Positions 50,124 through 59,681 of a stretch of DNA of 64,000 bases are shown in pieces. The position numbers and the translations under genes are program-made. The notes beneath the pieces are model-generated. The model did no database searches. It saw only the letters and a list, made by a program, of their open reading frames with translations, and was not told the origin of the DNA. This stretch comes from an uncultured Actinomycetota bacterium (GTDB lineage Bacteria > Actinomycetota > Actinomycetes > Mycobacteriales > Pseudonocardiaceae). The stretch covers positions 59,084 to 123,083 of the forward strand of contig CAVXMR010000035.1 of NCBI GenBank assembly GCA_963762765.1. Reading direction: 5' to 3'. The number at the start of each line of letters is the position of its first letter. The stretch's first letter is position 1.

Positions 50124-51196
50124 TCCGTCCCGGACTTGCGGCGTCGTCCGATCAGGATCGCCATCGTCGCGAAGAAGACCCCGCCGAAGAGCAGCCCGAT
50201 CCCGAGCGGGACGCGCGAACCGCTGGTGTCCGGCGCCGCCGCGCCGAGGTAACCGGCCGGGACCTGGGTCGGGACCGGCGCCTGCGTCGCGTTCGTGCCG
50301 CCACCGGTGTTGCCGGCCTTCGCGACGAAGCCCTTGGGGATCGAGCAGCTGATCCCGCCGAGCACGATGCTCGTGGTGACGTCCTGCAGCGTCGTGCCGC
50401 CGGCGTCCTTGACGTGCGTGACGATCTCGACGCGCCAGCCCGCCACCGCGGTGGAGTCGCCGCCGCGCCAGCCGTCCTGCCGGATCAGCTGGTCGAACTT
50501 GGCGACGCGGGACAGCGTGAGGTCCGAAAGCGTGGTGTCCTTGCTCGCGTTCGCGGGCGCGTCACCCGGTGGGCCCATCCGGACGTTCTTCAGCTGCAGC
50601 CCGGCGCTCCCGCCGGGGACGGCGATCTGGCCGAGCGCGCCGTTCTCACCGCGCACCCACAGCCGGGTGAGCGCCGTGGTCCCGGTCAGCTTCGACGCCG
50701 ACGTGCAGTCCACCGACGACTTCGCGCCCTCAAGCACCAGGACGGTGTCGTCGATCGGCCTCGCCCCGCCGCGCGCGTTGTCCCGCAGCGCGTAGTTGGT
50801 CTCGGCGACGGCGGTGGGCACGGTGGTCGCCTGCAGCGCGGCGAGGACGTTGTGGTCCCGGCTGCCGATCCCGGCGGGGTACGGGCTCTGCGACGCGCTG
50901 GAGAACTTGCCCAGATCGATCTCGTAGTTCGGACCGAAAGTGGCGCGCTCCCCGTCGTTGCCCGGTACGACGACCCGGTCGGTGCCCAGCTTCGACTGGC
51001 CCGGCAGCAGCGGCGACCGCTGCGTCTCGGTGATCAGTGATCCGCCGCCGCTGATCCGCACGGACGCGATGTTCGCGAACGAGACCGGGCCGGTCTTCTC
51101 GTCGACAGCCTGGGTCTGCGCCCCGGCTAAACCGACTCCGACCAGCGGAAACAGCGCGGCAGTCAGCGCCGCCGTGGTCGTCACCAAACGGGTCAT
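50120..51196 (-). CDS. Secreted surface protein, probable class F sortase substrate
   Basis: Signal peptide; VPTQVPAG, TM helix and RRRK tail; overlaps the sortase start. Confidence 0.75.
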   Translation of the reverse strand: MTRLVTTTAALTAALFPLVGVGLAGAQTQAVDEKTGPVSFANIASVRISGGGSLITETQRSPLLPGQSKLGTDRVVVPGNDGERATFGPNYEIDLGKFSSASQSPYPAGIGSRDHNVLAALQATTVPTAVAETNYALRDNARGGARPIDDTVLVLEGAKSSVDCTSASKLTGTTALTRLWVRGENGALGQIAVPGGSAGLQLKNVRMGPPGDAPANASKDTTLSDLTLSRVAKFDQLIRQDGWRGGDSTAVAGWRVEIVTHVKDAGGTTLQDVTTSIVLGGISCSIPKGFVAKAGNTGGGTNATQAPVPTQVPAGYLGAAAPDTSGSRVPLGIGLLFGGVFFATMAILIGRRRKSGTD

Positions 51197-51455
51197 GTCT
51201 CCCCACTGCTTCTACTCTGCCGCGGCGCCGGTGTGTGAGCGGAGCGAAAACGCTCCGCGACAACCTTGCACCGTCGGCCACGACTTGCGAAGTCGAACAG
51301 CCAATATCCCACGAACTCACCCGAATGGAGCAGCGGGTTACGGCGGGCGGTGACGGGCACCGCCTCCGCCGGGGGAACAACTAGGATGAGGGGGACCGTT
51401 ATCGGCAATGACTTCGGAATTCATGGTCTGGACGGGCGAGCGGGCGGAGGCTGCG

Positions 51456-51827
51456 ATGGCGACGGTGATCGAGGGCGGAACGCCGCCCGGAATCGACGAG
51501 GGCCACGAACCGCGGCCGGTGCCGACACAGTCGACGCCGGTGTCGGGCACCGTGCTGTCCGACGCGGGCGACCTGCTGCGCGCGCTCGCCGCGCCGGTCC
51601 GGATCGCGATCGTGCTGCAGCTGCGGGCGGCCGACCGCTGCGTGCACGAGCTGGTGGACGTGCTCGACATCGCCCAGCCGCTGGTCTCCCAGCACCTGCG
51701 CGTGCTGAAGACCGCGGGCGTGGTGCAAGGTGAGCGGCGCGGCCGCGAGGTCGTCTACCGGCTCGCCGACGACCACCTGGCGCACATCGTCGTCGACGCG
51801 GTGGCGCACGTGCAGGAAGGAAAGTGA
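51456..51827 (+). CDS. ArsR/SmtB family repressor
   Basis: LRALAAPVRIAI, CVHELV, VSQHLRVL, DDHLAH. Confidence 0.9.
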   Translation: MATVIEGGTPPGIDEGHEPRPVPTQSTPVSGTVLSDAGDLLRALAAPVRIAIVLQLRAADRCVHELVDVLDIAQPLVSQHLRVLKTAGVVQGERRGREVVYRLADDHLAHIVVDAVAHVQEGK

Positions 51828-52240
51828 TGAACTCCGCCGCTCCCCGCTCCACGGCGCCGGTCCCCGGCCGCCGGTCGACCCGGCAGCGGTCCGCGGTCGT
51901 CGAGCTGCTGAGCACGATCGACGACTTCCGGTCCGCCCAGGAGTTGCACGACGAGCTGCGCCGCCGTGGCGACGGAATCGGCCTGACCACGGTCTACCGG
52001 ACGCTGCAGTCGCTGTCGGAGGCGGGCGAGATCGACGTCCTCCGCACCGAAAGTGGCGAGGCGATCTACCGGCGCTGCTCCACACACCACCACCATCACC
52101 TGGTCTGCCGGGTGTGCGGGCGCACGGTGGAGGTCGAGGGCCCGGCGGTCGAGCGGTGGGCGGAGAAGATCGCGGCGGAGCACGGTTTTTCGGAGATCTC
52201 CCACACGGTCGAGATCAGCGGCACCTGCTCGGCCCACTGA
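51824..52240 (+). CDS. zur: Fur-family zinc uptake regulator
   Basis: TRQR, GLTTVYRTL, HHHHHLVCRVC; ArsR-zur pair near glyS. Confidence 0.9.
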   Translation: MMNSAAPRSTAPVPGRRSTRQRSAVVELLSTIDDFRSAQELHDELRRRGDGIGLTTVYRTLQSLSEAGEIDVLRTESGEAIYRRCSTHHHHHLVCRVCGRTVEVEGPAVERWAEKIAAEHGFSEISHTVEISGTCSAH

Positions 52241-52288
52241 CTCGCCGCCTGGACTGAAGGACGCGCTCTGACCCTCACTGTCCACTGT

Positions 52289-52575
52289 GGTCGGGTCTCG
52301 TGAGTGGTAAGTAGGGTTATTTTTTGAGCGGTAAGGCAAACGTGGCGTGGTGAAGCGAGGGGGACCTGCCGACGGGCTCGTGAGTGTTGCGGCCGGTTAG
52401 AACCGGCCGCGCCACTCACGAGTCCTTGGCGCGCAAAGAGTGAGGCCGTGCTCGTGAGCGTTGCGGGCGGTTCTAACCGCCCGCAACGCTCACGAGTCCT
52501 CAATGCCGCAGCACGACACATTTGCCTTACCCCTCAAAAAAATAGAACCCGACTTACCACTCACGAGACCCGACC
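52289..52575. repeat. Composite inverted-repeat element (REPIN/MITE-like)
   Basis: About 65-bp terminal inverted arms enclosing two oppositely oriented CTCGTGAG hairpins. Confidence 0.85.
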
Positions 52576-52592
52576 CCCACCCGCTGAAGCCT

Positions 52593-53315
52593 TCAGTATT
52601 CGTAGGGGTCCTTCGGGGCCGCCACCGTCGACACCGAGGCCAGCGTGAAGTCGGGCGTGTAGCTGTTCGTGCGGGTCGCGGTGCCGGGGACCACCCGGCC
52701 CGTCACCTGGATCCACGTGTCCGCCGCCAGGTGATCGACCGAGCCGCTCGCCAGCCGGACCGTCACCGGGTACGCGTCCGCCGCGCAGCAGCTGATCACC
52801 AGCCGCGCCAGCAGCGTGCTCCCGTTCTCGTGCACCACGAATCCGGTCAGGGAGACGTTCCGGCCGTTCAAGGTGCCGGTGTGGTCCCACCCCGCCCGCG
52901 TGACGAACTCGCTCAACGACAGCGGCACCACCTCCCCCGCGGGCAACGCCGGGAACGCCGCCGTGTCGGCCGTCGACGCGCTTTGCGGGATGCGGGCTTC
53001 GGTCCGGGTCACCGAGTCCGCGCCGAGCGCCGGGGGCGCGACCAGGAACACCGCCAGCACCGGGACCAGCAACAGCCACGCGGGACGCGCCGAATGCGCG
53101 TGCCCCGCATGGGAATCGACCGAAGGCGCGGCACGCCCGGCCAGCAGGTCGCGCACGATCGCCACCGCGCCGAGCAACACCATGACCGCCCCGCCCGCGA
53201 TGATCCACGGCTGCTGCGCGGGCTTGACATACCGCAGGTAGTCGCCGTTCAGCGCGATCTTGACCAGCGCCCCGCCGAGCAGGATCAGCAGGATGTTCTG
53301 GGTCTCCCGTTTCAC
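52593..53315 (-). CDS. TIGR03943-family permease subunit
   Basis: YLRYVKP, HAGHAH, PPALGA, ISCCAADA. Confidence 0.87.
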   Translation of the reverse strand: MKRETQNILLILLGGALVKIALNGDYLRYVKPAQQPWIIAGGAVMVLLGAVAIVRDLLAGRAAPSVDSHAGHAHSARPAWLLLVPVLAVFLVAPPALGADSVTRTEARIPQSASTADTAAFPALPAGEVVPLSLSEFVTRAGWDHTGTLNGRNVSLTGFVVHENGSTLLARLVISCCAADAYPVTVRLASGSVDHLAADTWIQVTGRVVPGTATRTNSYTPDFTLASVSTVAAPKDPYEY

Positions 53316-54316
53316 GCGCCACCTCCGAGGAACAGGACGCCGGCCACGACACCGCAGGCGGTCGCCACCGCGAACGTCGCCGGCGCGAACCGCACCGCGA
53401 ACGACCGCCCGAACGTGCCCGCCTGCAACGCGAACAGCTTCACGTCCACCGCGGGCCCGACCACCAGAAACACCAGTTTCGCCAGCATCGGCATCGCGCT
53501 CAGCGACGCCGCCACGAACGCGTCCGCCTCGCTGCACAGCGCCAGCACCACCGCGAGCACGGCCATCACCAGCACCCCGAGCACGACCTGCTCCCCCAGC
53601 ACGCCGAACACCTTCGCCGGGACCAGCACGTTCAGCGCCGACGAGATCAGCGCGCCCAGCACGAGGAATCCGCCCGCCTCGGTCAGGTCGGTCCTCGCCG
53701 TTTCCACGAACACCTTCCACCGGTCGCCGCCGGCAACGTCCGGCAGCCGCCGCAGCGCGCGCTCGGTGATCCACTCGAGCTTGCCCCAGCGGGCCCACAG
53801 CCAGCCCATGATCATCGCCGTGGCCAGTGACCCCACGAACCGCGCCAGCACCATCTCGGGACGGCCGGGGAACGCCACCGCCGTCGCGACCAGCACGACG
53901 GGGTTCACCGCGGGCGCCGCGAGCAGGAACGTCAGCGCCGCCGCGGGCGCCACGCCCTGGCCCATCAGCCGTCGCGCCACCGGCACCGAAGCGCACTCAC
54001 ACCCCGGCAGCGCCACACCCGCCAGCCCCGCGACACCCACAGCCGCACCGGCACGACGAGGCAGCACCTTCTCCAGCACCCGCGCGGGGACGAACGCGGC
54101 GATCGCGCCGCTGATCAGCACCCCGAGCACCAGGAACGGCAGCGCCTGGACGCAGACGGCGACGAACACCGTCGAGCCGGTGCGCAGCGCGGGCACGTCG
54201 AAGGCCTGCTGCAGCCAGCCCTGCGCGAGGATCGCGATCAGCAGGATCGCGCACAGCACCTCGACGGAGCTGACCTTGAACCGGCGCTTCGGCGGACTAT
54301 CGGAAACGGTTTCCAC
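53312..54316 (-). CDS. YcgR/ArsP-like permease
   Basis: PGCECASVP, FLLAAPAVNP, LCSEADAF. Confidence 0.88.
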   Translation of the reverse strand: METVSDSPPKRRFKVSSVEVLCAILLIAILAQGWLQQAFDVPALRTGSTVFVAVCVQALPFLVLGVLISGAIAAFVPARVLEKVLPRRAGAAVGVAGLAGVALPGCECASVPVARRLMGQGVAPAAALTFLLAAPAVNPVVLVATAVAFPGRPEMVLARFVGSLATAMIMGWLWARWGKLEWITERALRRLPDVAGGDRWKVFVETARTDLTEAGGFLVLGALISSALNVLVPAKVFGVLGEQVVLGVLVMAVLAVVLALCSEADAFVAASLSAMPMLAKLVFLVVGPAVDVKLFALQAGTFGRSFAVRFAPATFAVATACGVVAGVLFLGGGA

Positions 54317-54397
54317 CACGCAGATGGTGCCAGACGACCCCGGCAAGATCACCCCCGCACAGCCCGAGACAGGCCGCTGACCGGGCGATTTCGGCCG

Positions 54398-54829
54398 TTA
54401 TCCGCCGTTCGCGCCGGTTTCGCCGGGCAGTTCGGCCCGCAGCTGCGACGCCGTGGACACCACGAGCATCAGCAACGTGCCGAGCGCGGCGACGTCGAGC
54501 CCGGCCGCCGGGAACGCGTACCGCAGGGTCACGTCCAGGCCGCCCTCGGAGTGCCCGACGCCCAGCGTGCCGAACAGGCCCTGCCCGGCGCGCTCGGCGA
54601 CCGCCACCGACAACGACGGGTCGTCCGGCAGGTCCCAGGCGACCACACAGGTCAGCGAGAGCACCGTGAGGCCTTCGCCGAGCCGGGTCGCCTGGATGAC
54701 GCACGGGACTTCGCCGTGGCGGAACGTCAACGCGCCGTCGTCGTCGACGTGCACTTCGAGATAGCGCTCGAGGGCGTCCTTCGCCTGCGTGAGCAGCTCC
54801 GCGGTCTCGGCCGCTTCGGCGGTACTCAC
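54398..54829 (-). CDS. Hypothetical protein (YbjN-like)
   Basis: GTGA overlap with uppS; [10 protein letters not shown] start. Confidence 0.7.
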   Translation of the reverse strand: MSTAEAAETAELLTQAKDALERYLEVHVDDDGALTFRHGEVPCVIQATRLGEGLTVLSLTCVVAWDLPDDPSLSVAVAERAGQGLFGTLGVGHSEGGLDVTLRYAFPAAGLDVAALGTLLMLVVSTASQLRAELPGETGANGG

Positions 54830-55638
54830 GAAGACGCCTGGTCGACAGCGCCGCCGAAGCGTCGATCCCGCTTCGCGAACTCCAGGCACGCACGCCACAG
54901 GTGGGTGCGGTCGAAGTCGGGGAAGAGCGTGTCCTGGTAGACCATCTCGGCGTAGGCGGACTGCCAGAGCAGGAAGTTCGACGTCCGCTGCTCGCCCGAG
55001 GGCCGCAGGAACAGGTCCACGTCCGGCATCTCGGGCTGGTAGAGGTACTTGGCGATGGTCTTCTCGGTGACCTTGTCCGGGTTGAGTTTCCCGGCCGCGA
55101 CGTCCTGCGCGATCCGCTGCATGGCGTCCCCCAGCTCGGCGCGGCCGCCGTAGTTGACGCACATCGTCATGTTGAGCTTGGTGTTGTGCTTGGTCTTCTC
55201 CTCGGCGACCTGCAGCTCCTTGATCACCGACGCCCACAGCTTCGGCCGACGGCCTGCCCACCGGATGCGCACGCCGATCGAGCCGAGGTAGTCGACCTGG
55301 CGGCGGATGGTGTCGCGGTTGAAGCCCATCAGGAAGCGCACTTCCTCGGGGCTGCGCTTCCAGTTCTCCGTCGAGAACGCGTACACCGACAGCCACTTCA
55401 CGCCGAGCTCGACCGCGCCGCTGGCGACGTCGATCATCACGGCCTCACCGCGCTTGTGGCCCTCGATCCGCGGCAGCCCGCGCTGGTTGGCCCAGCGGCC
55501 GTTGCCGTCCATGACCAGCGCGACGTGCTTCGGGACGAGGTCCTTCGGGATCTCCGGCGGCCGGGCGCCCGAGGGGTGCGGCTCCGGAGCCCGCAGCTCC
55601 TGGCGTGACGCCTTGGTTTCGCGTCCCCTGCGCAGCAC
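54826..55638 (-). CDS. uppS: Cis-isoprenyl diphosphate synthase
   Basis: [41 protein letters not shown]. Confidence 0.95.
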   Translation of the reverse strand: MLRRGRETKASRQELRAPEPHPSGARPPEIPKDLVPKHVALVMDGNGRWANQRGLPRIEGHKRGEAVMIDVASGAVELGVKWLSVYAFSTENWKRSPEEVRFLMGFNRDTIRRQVDYLGSIGVRIRWAGRRPKLWASVIKELQVAEEKTKHNTKLNMTMCVNYGGRAELGDAMQRIAQDVAAGKLNPDKVTEKTIAKYLYQPEMPDVDLFLRPSGEQRTSNFLLWQSAYAEMVYQDTLFPDFDRTHLWRACLEFAKRDRRFGGAVDQASS

Positions 55639-55678
55639 TTCGAGCCTCCTGAATGGGTGAAACCGATCAGGCCCGACC

Positions 55679-56506
55679 CTACCCATGGCCGGGGGTGCCG
55701 GGGGGCGGAGCCCCCTGGGCGGGGTGTGGGGGTCGCACCCCCACAACTGGCACAGCTACGACGGTCTCCCGGGCACGCCGCTCGACCAGGGGAAGGGAGC
55801 GGAGCTGCCGCTCCAGATGCCACTGCAGGTGCGCCGCGACCAGCCCGCTCGCGTCCCGGCGGGTGATGCCCACCGAGGCTTCGGCGGCGGGCCACTCGCC
55901 GTGCAACAGGGCCGTCATCAGGTCCAGCACTTCGGGCGCGGGATGGACACAGCCGGCGATGCGGCAGTCCGGGCACATCAACCCGCCCGCGGCGACGCTG
56001 AAGGCACTGTGCGGGCCGGGGAGGCCACAGCGGGCACATTCGGTGAGGGCGGGCGCCCAGCCCGCGTACGCCATGGCCCGGAGGAAGAAGGCGTCGAGCA
56101 CCAGGGAAGCGTCCCGCTCCCCCGCGGCCAGCGACCGCAAGGCGCCGACGACGAGCAGGTAGAGCTTGAGCACCGGCTCGCCTTCTTCGGCGGACAGCCT
56201 GTCCGCGGTTTCGGCGATCGCGCTCGCGGCGGTGTAGCGCTGGTAGTCGGCGACCAGGGGCAGCGCGAAGGCGTCCACGGTCTCGACCTGGGTGATCACG
56301 TCGAGCGTGCGCCCGGTGTAGAACTGCACGTCCACGTGGCCGAAGGGCTCCAGCCGCGCACCGAAGCGCGAGGAGGTCCGGCGCACGCCCTTCGCGACCG
56401 CACGGACCTTGCCGTGCCGCCGGGTCAGCAGGGTGACGATCCGGTCGGCCTCACCCAGCTTGTGCGTCCGCAGCACCACCCCGGTGTCGCGATAGAGGTT
56501 CACCAC
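55679..56506 (-). CDS. recO: DNA repair protein RecO
   Basis: LGEADRI, AKGVRR, CARC/CPDC zinc finger. Confidence 0.95.
   Translation of the reverse strand: MVNLYRDTGVVLRTHKLGEADRIVTLLTRRHGKVRAVAKGVRRTSSRFGARLEPFGHVDVQFYTGRTLDVITQVETVDAFALPLVADYQRYTAASAIAETADRLSAEEGEPVLKLYLLVVGALRSLAAGERDASLVLDAFFLRAMAYAGWAPALTECARCGLPGPHSAFSVAAGGLMCPDCRIAGCVHPAPEVLDLMTALLHGEWPAAEASVGITRRDASGLVAAHLQWHLERQLRSLPLVERRARETVVAVPVVGVRPPHPAQGAPPPGTPGHG
55691..55745. repeat. GGGGCGGAGCCCC / GGGGGTCGCACCCCC double-hairpin element
   Basis: Two short GC hairpins inside the recO 3' extension. Confidence 0.6.
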
Positions 56507-56555
56507 CCCGACATCGTCCCACCTGGGGACGACGCCGGGGTGGACCGACCTGGTT

Positions 56556-57035
56556 TCAGCAGTAGTAGCCGGAGCAGTACGTGCTGACGGCGGTGGCCGC
56601 GACGATGATCCAGATGATCGCGAACACGCAGCCGAGGCCGCCGATGATGGAGGCGATCAGGCAGAGCGTCTTGGTCGTCTTCGACGCCTGCTCCGCCATC
56701 ATGTAGTTGCCCTGCATCTTGTACGTGTTGACCTCGTTGGACTTCATGATCGCGAAGATCGCGAGGATCCAGCAGAGGAAGATGCAGCCGATCGCCCAGC
56801 CCTTGTAGTCCTTGATCTGGTTGATGTCGCCGCCACCGGGGGCACCGTAGCCGGGGGCACCGAACCCGCCGCCGCCCATGGGCGGCTGACCGTACGGCGC
56901 GGGCTGGCCGTAAGGCGCGGGCATGCCGCCCGACGGCGGGCCGTAACCGGGCTGCTGGAACCCACCGGACTGCGGCTGCTGAGGCTGTTGCGGCTGCTGA
57001 CCGTAGGGCTGCTGCTGGCCGTAGGGATTGGTCAT
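56556..57035 (-). CDS. CD225/dispanin family protein
   Basis: Q/P/G-rich N-terminus; WAIGCIFLC..AIFAIMKSNEV..A..AS..TK plus TM. Confidence 0.85.
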   Translation of the reverse strand: MTNPYGQQQPYGQQPQQPQQPQSGGFQQPGYGPPSGGMPAPYGQPAPYGQPPMGGGGFGAPGYGAPGGGDINQIKDYKGWAIGCIFLCWILAIFAIMKSNEVNTYKMQGNYMMAEQASKTTKTLCLIASIIGGLGCVFAIIWIIVAATAVSTYCSGYYC

Positions 57036-57099
57036 GAACGTGTACCCCAACTACTCGTGAACTTCCGGCGGGCGATCCCTACCGGCGTGCGGAAAGGTC

Positions 57100-58158
57100 T
57101 TACTGCTGCGGCGGCTGCTGCTGCTGGCCGAACTGGTTCGGCTGGATCTTCTGCGTCTCGTCGGACTGGCCCTGCGCTTCGGGACGCAGCATCTGCGTGC
57201 GCTCGGATCCCTCGTCGAAGCCGGGGGTGCCCTCCGGGCGGAGCATCTGGGTGCGCTCGGCGCCTTCGTCGAACGCGCTCGGCGGCGGGGTCTGCGGGCC
57301 GGTGCCCTGCGGCGGCTGGCCCGGCTGGCCGAAGCCACCGGACTGCGGCGGCTGACCGAAGCCACCGGACTGGGGCTGCTGCGGGAAACCACCGGAGGAC
57401 GGCGGCTGCTGCGGGAAACCGCCGGAAGACGGCGGCTGGCCGTAGCCACCGGGCTGACCGTACCCGCCCGGCTGGCCCTGCGGCGGCGGGTAGCCCCCGC
57501 CGTAGGGCTGCTGTCCCGGCTGCCCGCCGAAGCCGGGCTGGCCGAACGCCGGGGCCGAGCCGTCGGCGTTGACCACGACGGTGCTGAGGATCTTGTCGGC
57601 GAAGGTCTGGCTCTTGTCGTCCCACAGCGGCCACAGGTAACCGATGTAGCAGGGCAGGCCGTCGACGACGTGCGCGAGGTCGCGCAGGAACGCGTTGAGC
57701 GCACCGATCGGCTGGCCGGTCTGCTCGTTGATCAGCTTGATCTTCATCACCCGCTTGCCGAGCGACTGCCCGGTGTTCCCGCCCTGGATCCAGCGGTTGT
57801 AGATCCCCCAGCCGATCGCGGCCAGCGCGCCCAGCAGATAGAGGATGGTGCCGAAGGCCCGGGAGACGGCGAAGGTGACGATCAGCGCGAGCAGGTAGAT
57901 CACCAGCACCGGTGCCTGATCGATGATCAGGGCGCCCGCGCGCTGTCCCCAGTTCGCGTAGTTCTGGGGTGCGCCGAAGGGCGTCCCAGGCTGGGGCTGG
58001 CCGAACGGAGCCGGCTGACCGTAGGGCGCGGGCTGTCCGTAGGGCTGGCCCGGCGGTACCTGACCAGGAGGCATCTGGCCGGGCATGGGCTGGCCTCCGA
58101 ACGGTTGCTGGCCACCGGGCTGCTGCCCGAACGGCTGCTGACCGTAAGGATCGGTCAT
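57100..58158 (-). CDS. RDD family membrane protein
   Basis: YANWGQRAGALIID, GQSLGKR, QTFADKI; Q/P/G tails. Confidence 0.9.
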   Translation of the reverse strand: MTDPYGQQPFGQQPGGQQPFGGQPMPGQMPPGQVPPGQPYGQPAPYGQPAPFGQPQPGTPFGAPQNYANWGQRAGALIIDQAPVLVIYLLALIVTFAVSRAFGTILYLLGALAAIGWGIYNRWIQGGNTGQSLGKRVMKIKLINEQTGQPIGALNAFLRDLAHVVDGLPCYIGYLWPLWDDKSQTFADKILSTVVVNADGSAPAFGQPGFGGQPGQQPYGGGYPPPQGQPGGYGQPGGYGQPPSSGGFPQQPPSSGGFPQQPQSGGFGQPPQSGGFGQPGQPPQGTGPQTPPPSAFDEGAERTQMLRPEGTPGFDEGSERTQMLRPEAQGQSDETQKIQPNQFGQQQQPPQQ

Positions 58159-58353
58159 TGGGTTCTCCCCCTCAGCTGGTCACTGTCCTCGCGCCGGCAC
58201 CGGCCCCAGGCCCGGCGTCCGTCGTGGACGGAGCGGTCCGCGGGAGCGTACTCGGTACCGGCACGCTCTCGCCTGCCAGGCGTCCGCTATCCGGGTGAGC
58301 AGTCACGTCGCTTCGACGCCCTGACCGGCCTTTCGGTTCCGGGTGCGGGTTTT

Positions 58354-58809
58354 TCACACGTAAAGGCTGGTGAACGGGGCGAACGGCAGGTTGCGGACGG
58401 CGAACCAGCCGATGAACACGATCGCCAGCGTCAGCGGGGTCCACCGCCAGTGCAGCCAGCTGTTCACCCAGCGCCCGCGCAGCCGCCCGACCGCCCACGC
58501 GATCGTGCTCCACACGCACAGCAGCACGACCACGAGCGAAACCGCGTTGTAGTGCAACGCCGCCGGGATGTCGCCGTGCATCAGGCTGTAAGCCATCCGC
58601 ATGCCGCCACAGCCCGGGCAGTCGATGCCCAGCAACGCCTTCGTCGGGCAGATCGGCAGCGGCCCGCCGGGCGTGGTCGGGTCGCCCAGCCACACCGCGA
58701 CGCACGCGCAGGCGGCGCCGGCGGCGACCGCGAGCGGCGGGGCGAGCGCCCGCAGCTTCGCGCGGGCCCCGCGGGCCGGGATTCCGGTGTAGACGGTCGT
58801 GGTCGTCAT
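58354..58809 (-). CDS. DUF2752 family protein
   Basis: CPTKALLGIDCPGCGGMR; VRNLPF. Confidence 0.88.
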   Translation of the reverse strand: MTTTTVYTGIPARGARAKLRALAPPLAVAAGAACACVAVWLGDPTTPGGPLPICPTKALLGIDCPGCGGMRMAYSLMHGDIPAALHYNAVSLVVVLLCVWSTIAWAVGRLRGRWVNSWLHWRWTPLTLAIVFIGWFAVRNLPFAPFTSLYV

Positions 58810-59150
58810 GGCGTCGGGATCCAGCTCGCCGACGTACCCACGATCACGAACATCACGACGATGAAGATGATGTACAGCAGCAGGAGGATCCCGGAGGTGA
58901 TCGCCGACCACATCGCCCACTTCTTGGCGTCGTCGGCGGCCTTGCGGGCCTGGTCGGGAAAACCCTGGAACCACAACGAGTTCACCTGGCTCGACTTGAC
59001 GATCGCGACGATGCCGAGCGGGAGACAGCACAGCACGGTCGCGAGGATCGCCCACACCAGGTTGTTCTCCGGAGGCGGCGCGTAAGGCTGCTGCCCCGGA
59101 TAGCCGTACTGCCCGCTGGGCGGGTAGGGCGGCGGGTACTGGTCGGTCAC
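58806..59150 (-). CDS. CD225/dispanin family protein
   Basis: NNLVWAIL..LCCLPLGIVAIVKSSQVN...AKKWA. Confidence 0.9.
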   Translation of the reverse strand: MTDQYPPPYPPSGQYGYPGQQPYAPPPENNLVWAILATVLCCLPLGIVAIVKSSQVNSLWFQGFPDQARKAADDAKKWAMWSAITSGILLLLYIIFIVVMFVIVGTSASWIPTP

Positions 59151-59178
59151 CGGGGATCCTCCTGCTACTGGTTCGTCA

Positions 59179-59499
59179 CTACGGGGTGGTAGTGGTGTTC
59201 ACGGTGCCGAGCGTCATCACACCGGCGATCAGGAGGACCACGTACAGCACGATCAGGACGAGCCCGACGACGGCGGAGATGATCGCCCACTTCTTCGCGG
59301 AGTCGGCGGCTTCCTGCGCGGCCGCGGTCTGGCCCTGCGCCCAGAGGCTGTTCACCTTCGCGGCCTGGACGATCGACACGATGCCGAAGGGCAGACAGCA
59401 GAAGATGGTCGTGAGGATCGCCCACACGAGGTTGTTGCTGGGCGGCGGTCCCTGGGGGGCCTGCGGACCGCCGGGGTACGGGGGCGCGCTCTCGGTCAT
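59179..59499 (-). CDS. CD225/dispanin family protein
   Basis: NNLVWAIL..FCCLPFGIVSIVQAAKVN...AKKWA. Confidence 0.9.
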   Translation of the reverse strand: MTESAPPYPGGPQAPQGPPPSNNLVWAILTTIFCCLPFGIVSIVQAAKVNSLWAQGQTAAAQEAADSAKKWAIISAVVGLVLIVLYVVLLIAGVMTLGTVNTTTTP

Positions 59500-59681
59500 G
59501 GTCGGATGGTTCCTTCCCTCTTGGGTGGTGGCCACCGATCCGGTGTTGCCCGATCAACCCCCGGGTGGCCGAGCTGGACTGTAAAGCGACGGCCCCCGTC
59601 CCGCCCGCGAATTCGTGGCGCCGCGACCGAATCGAGATAAATCACCCCGGAGTTACGCACTTTCGGGCGACCCCGCCGAGC

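Noticed and set aside
51399-51425. Possible Zur/SmtB operator
   Set aside because: Palindrome too weak to call by eye.
56880-57560. Tandem repeats in dispanin and RDD genes as a non-coding array
   Set aside because: They encode Gly/Gln/Pro low-complexity protein tails.
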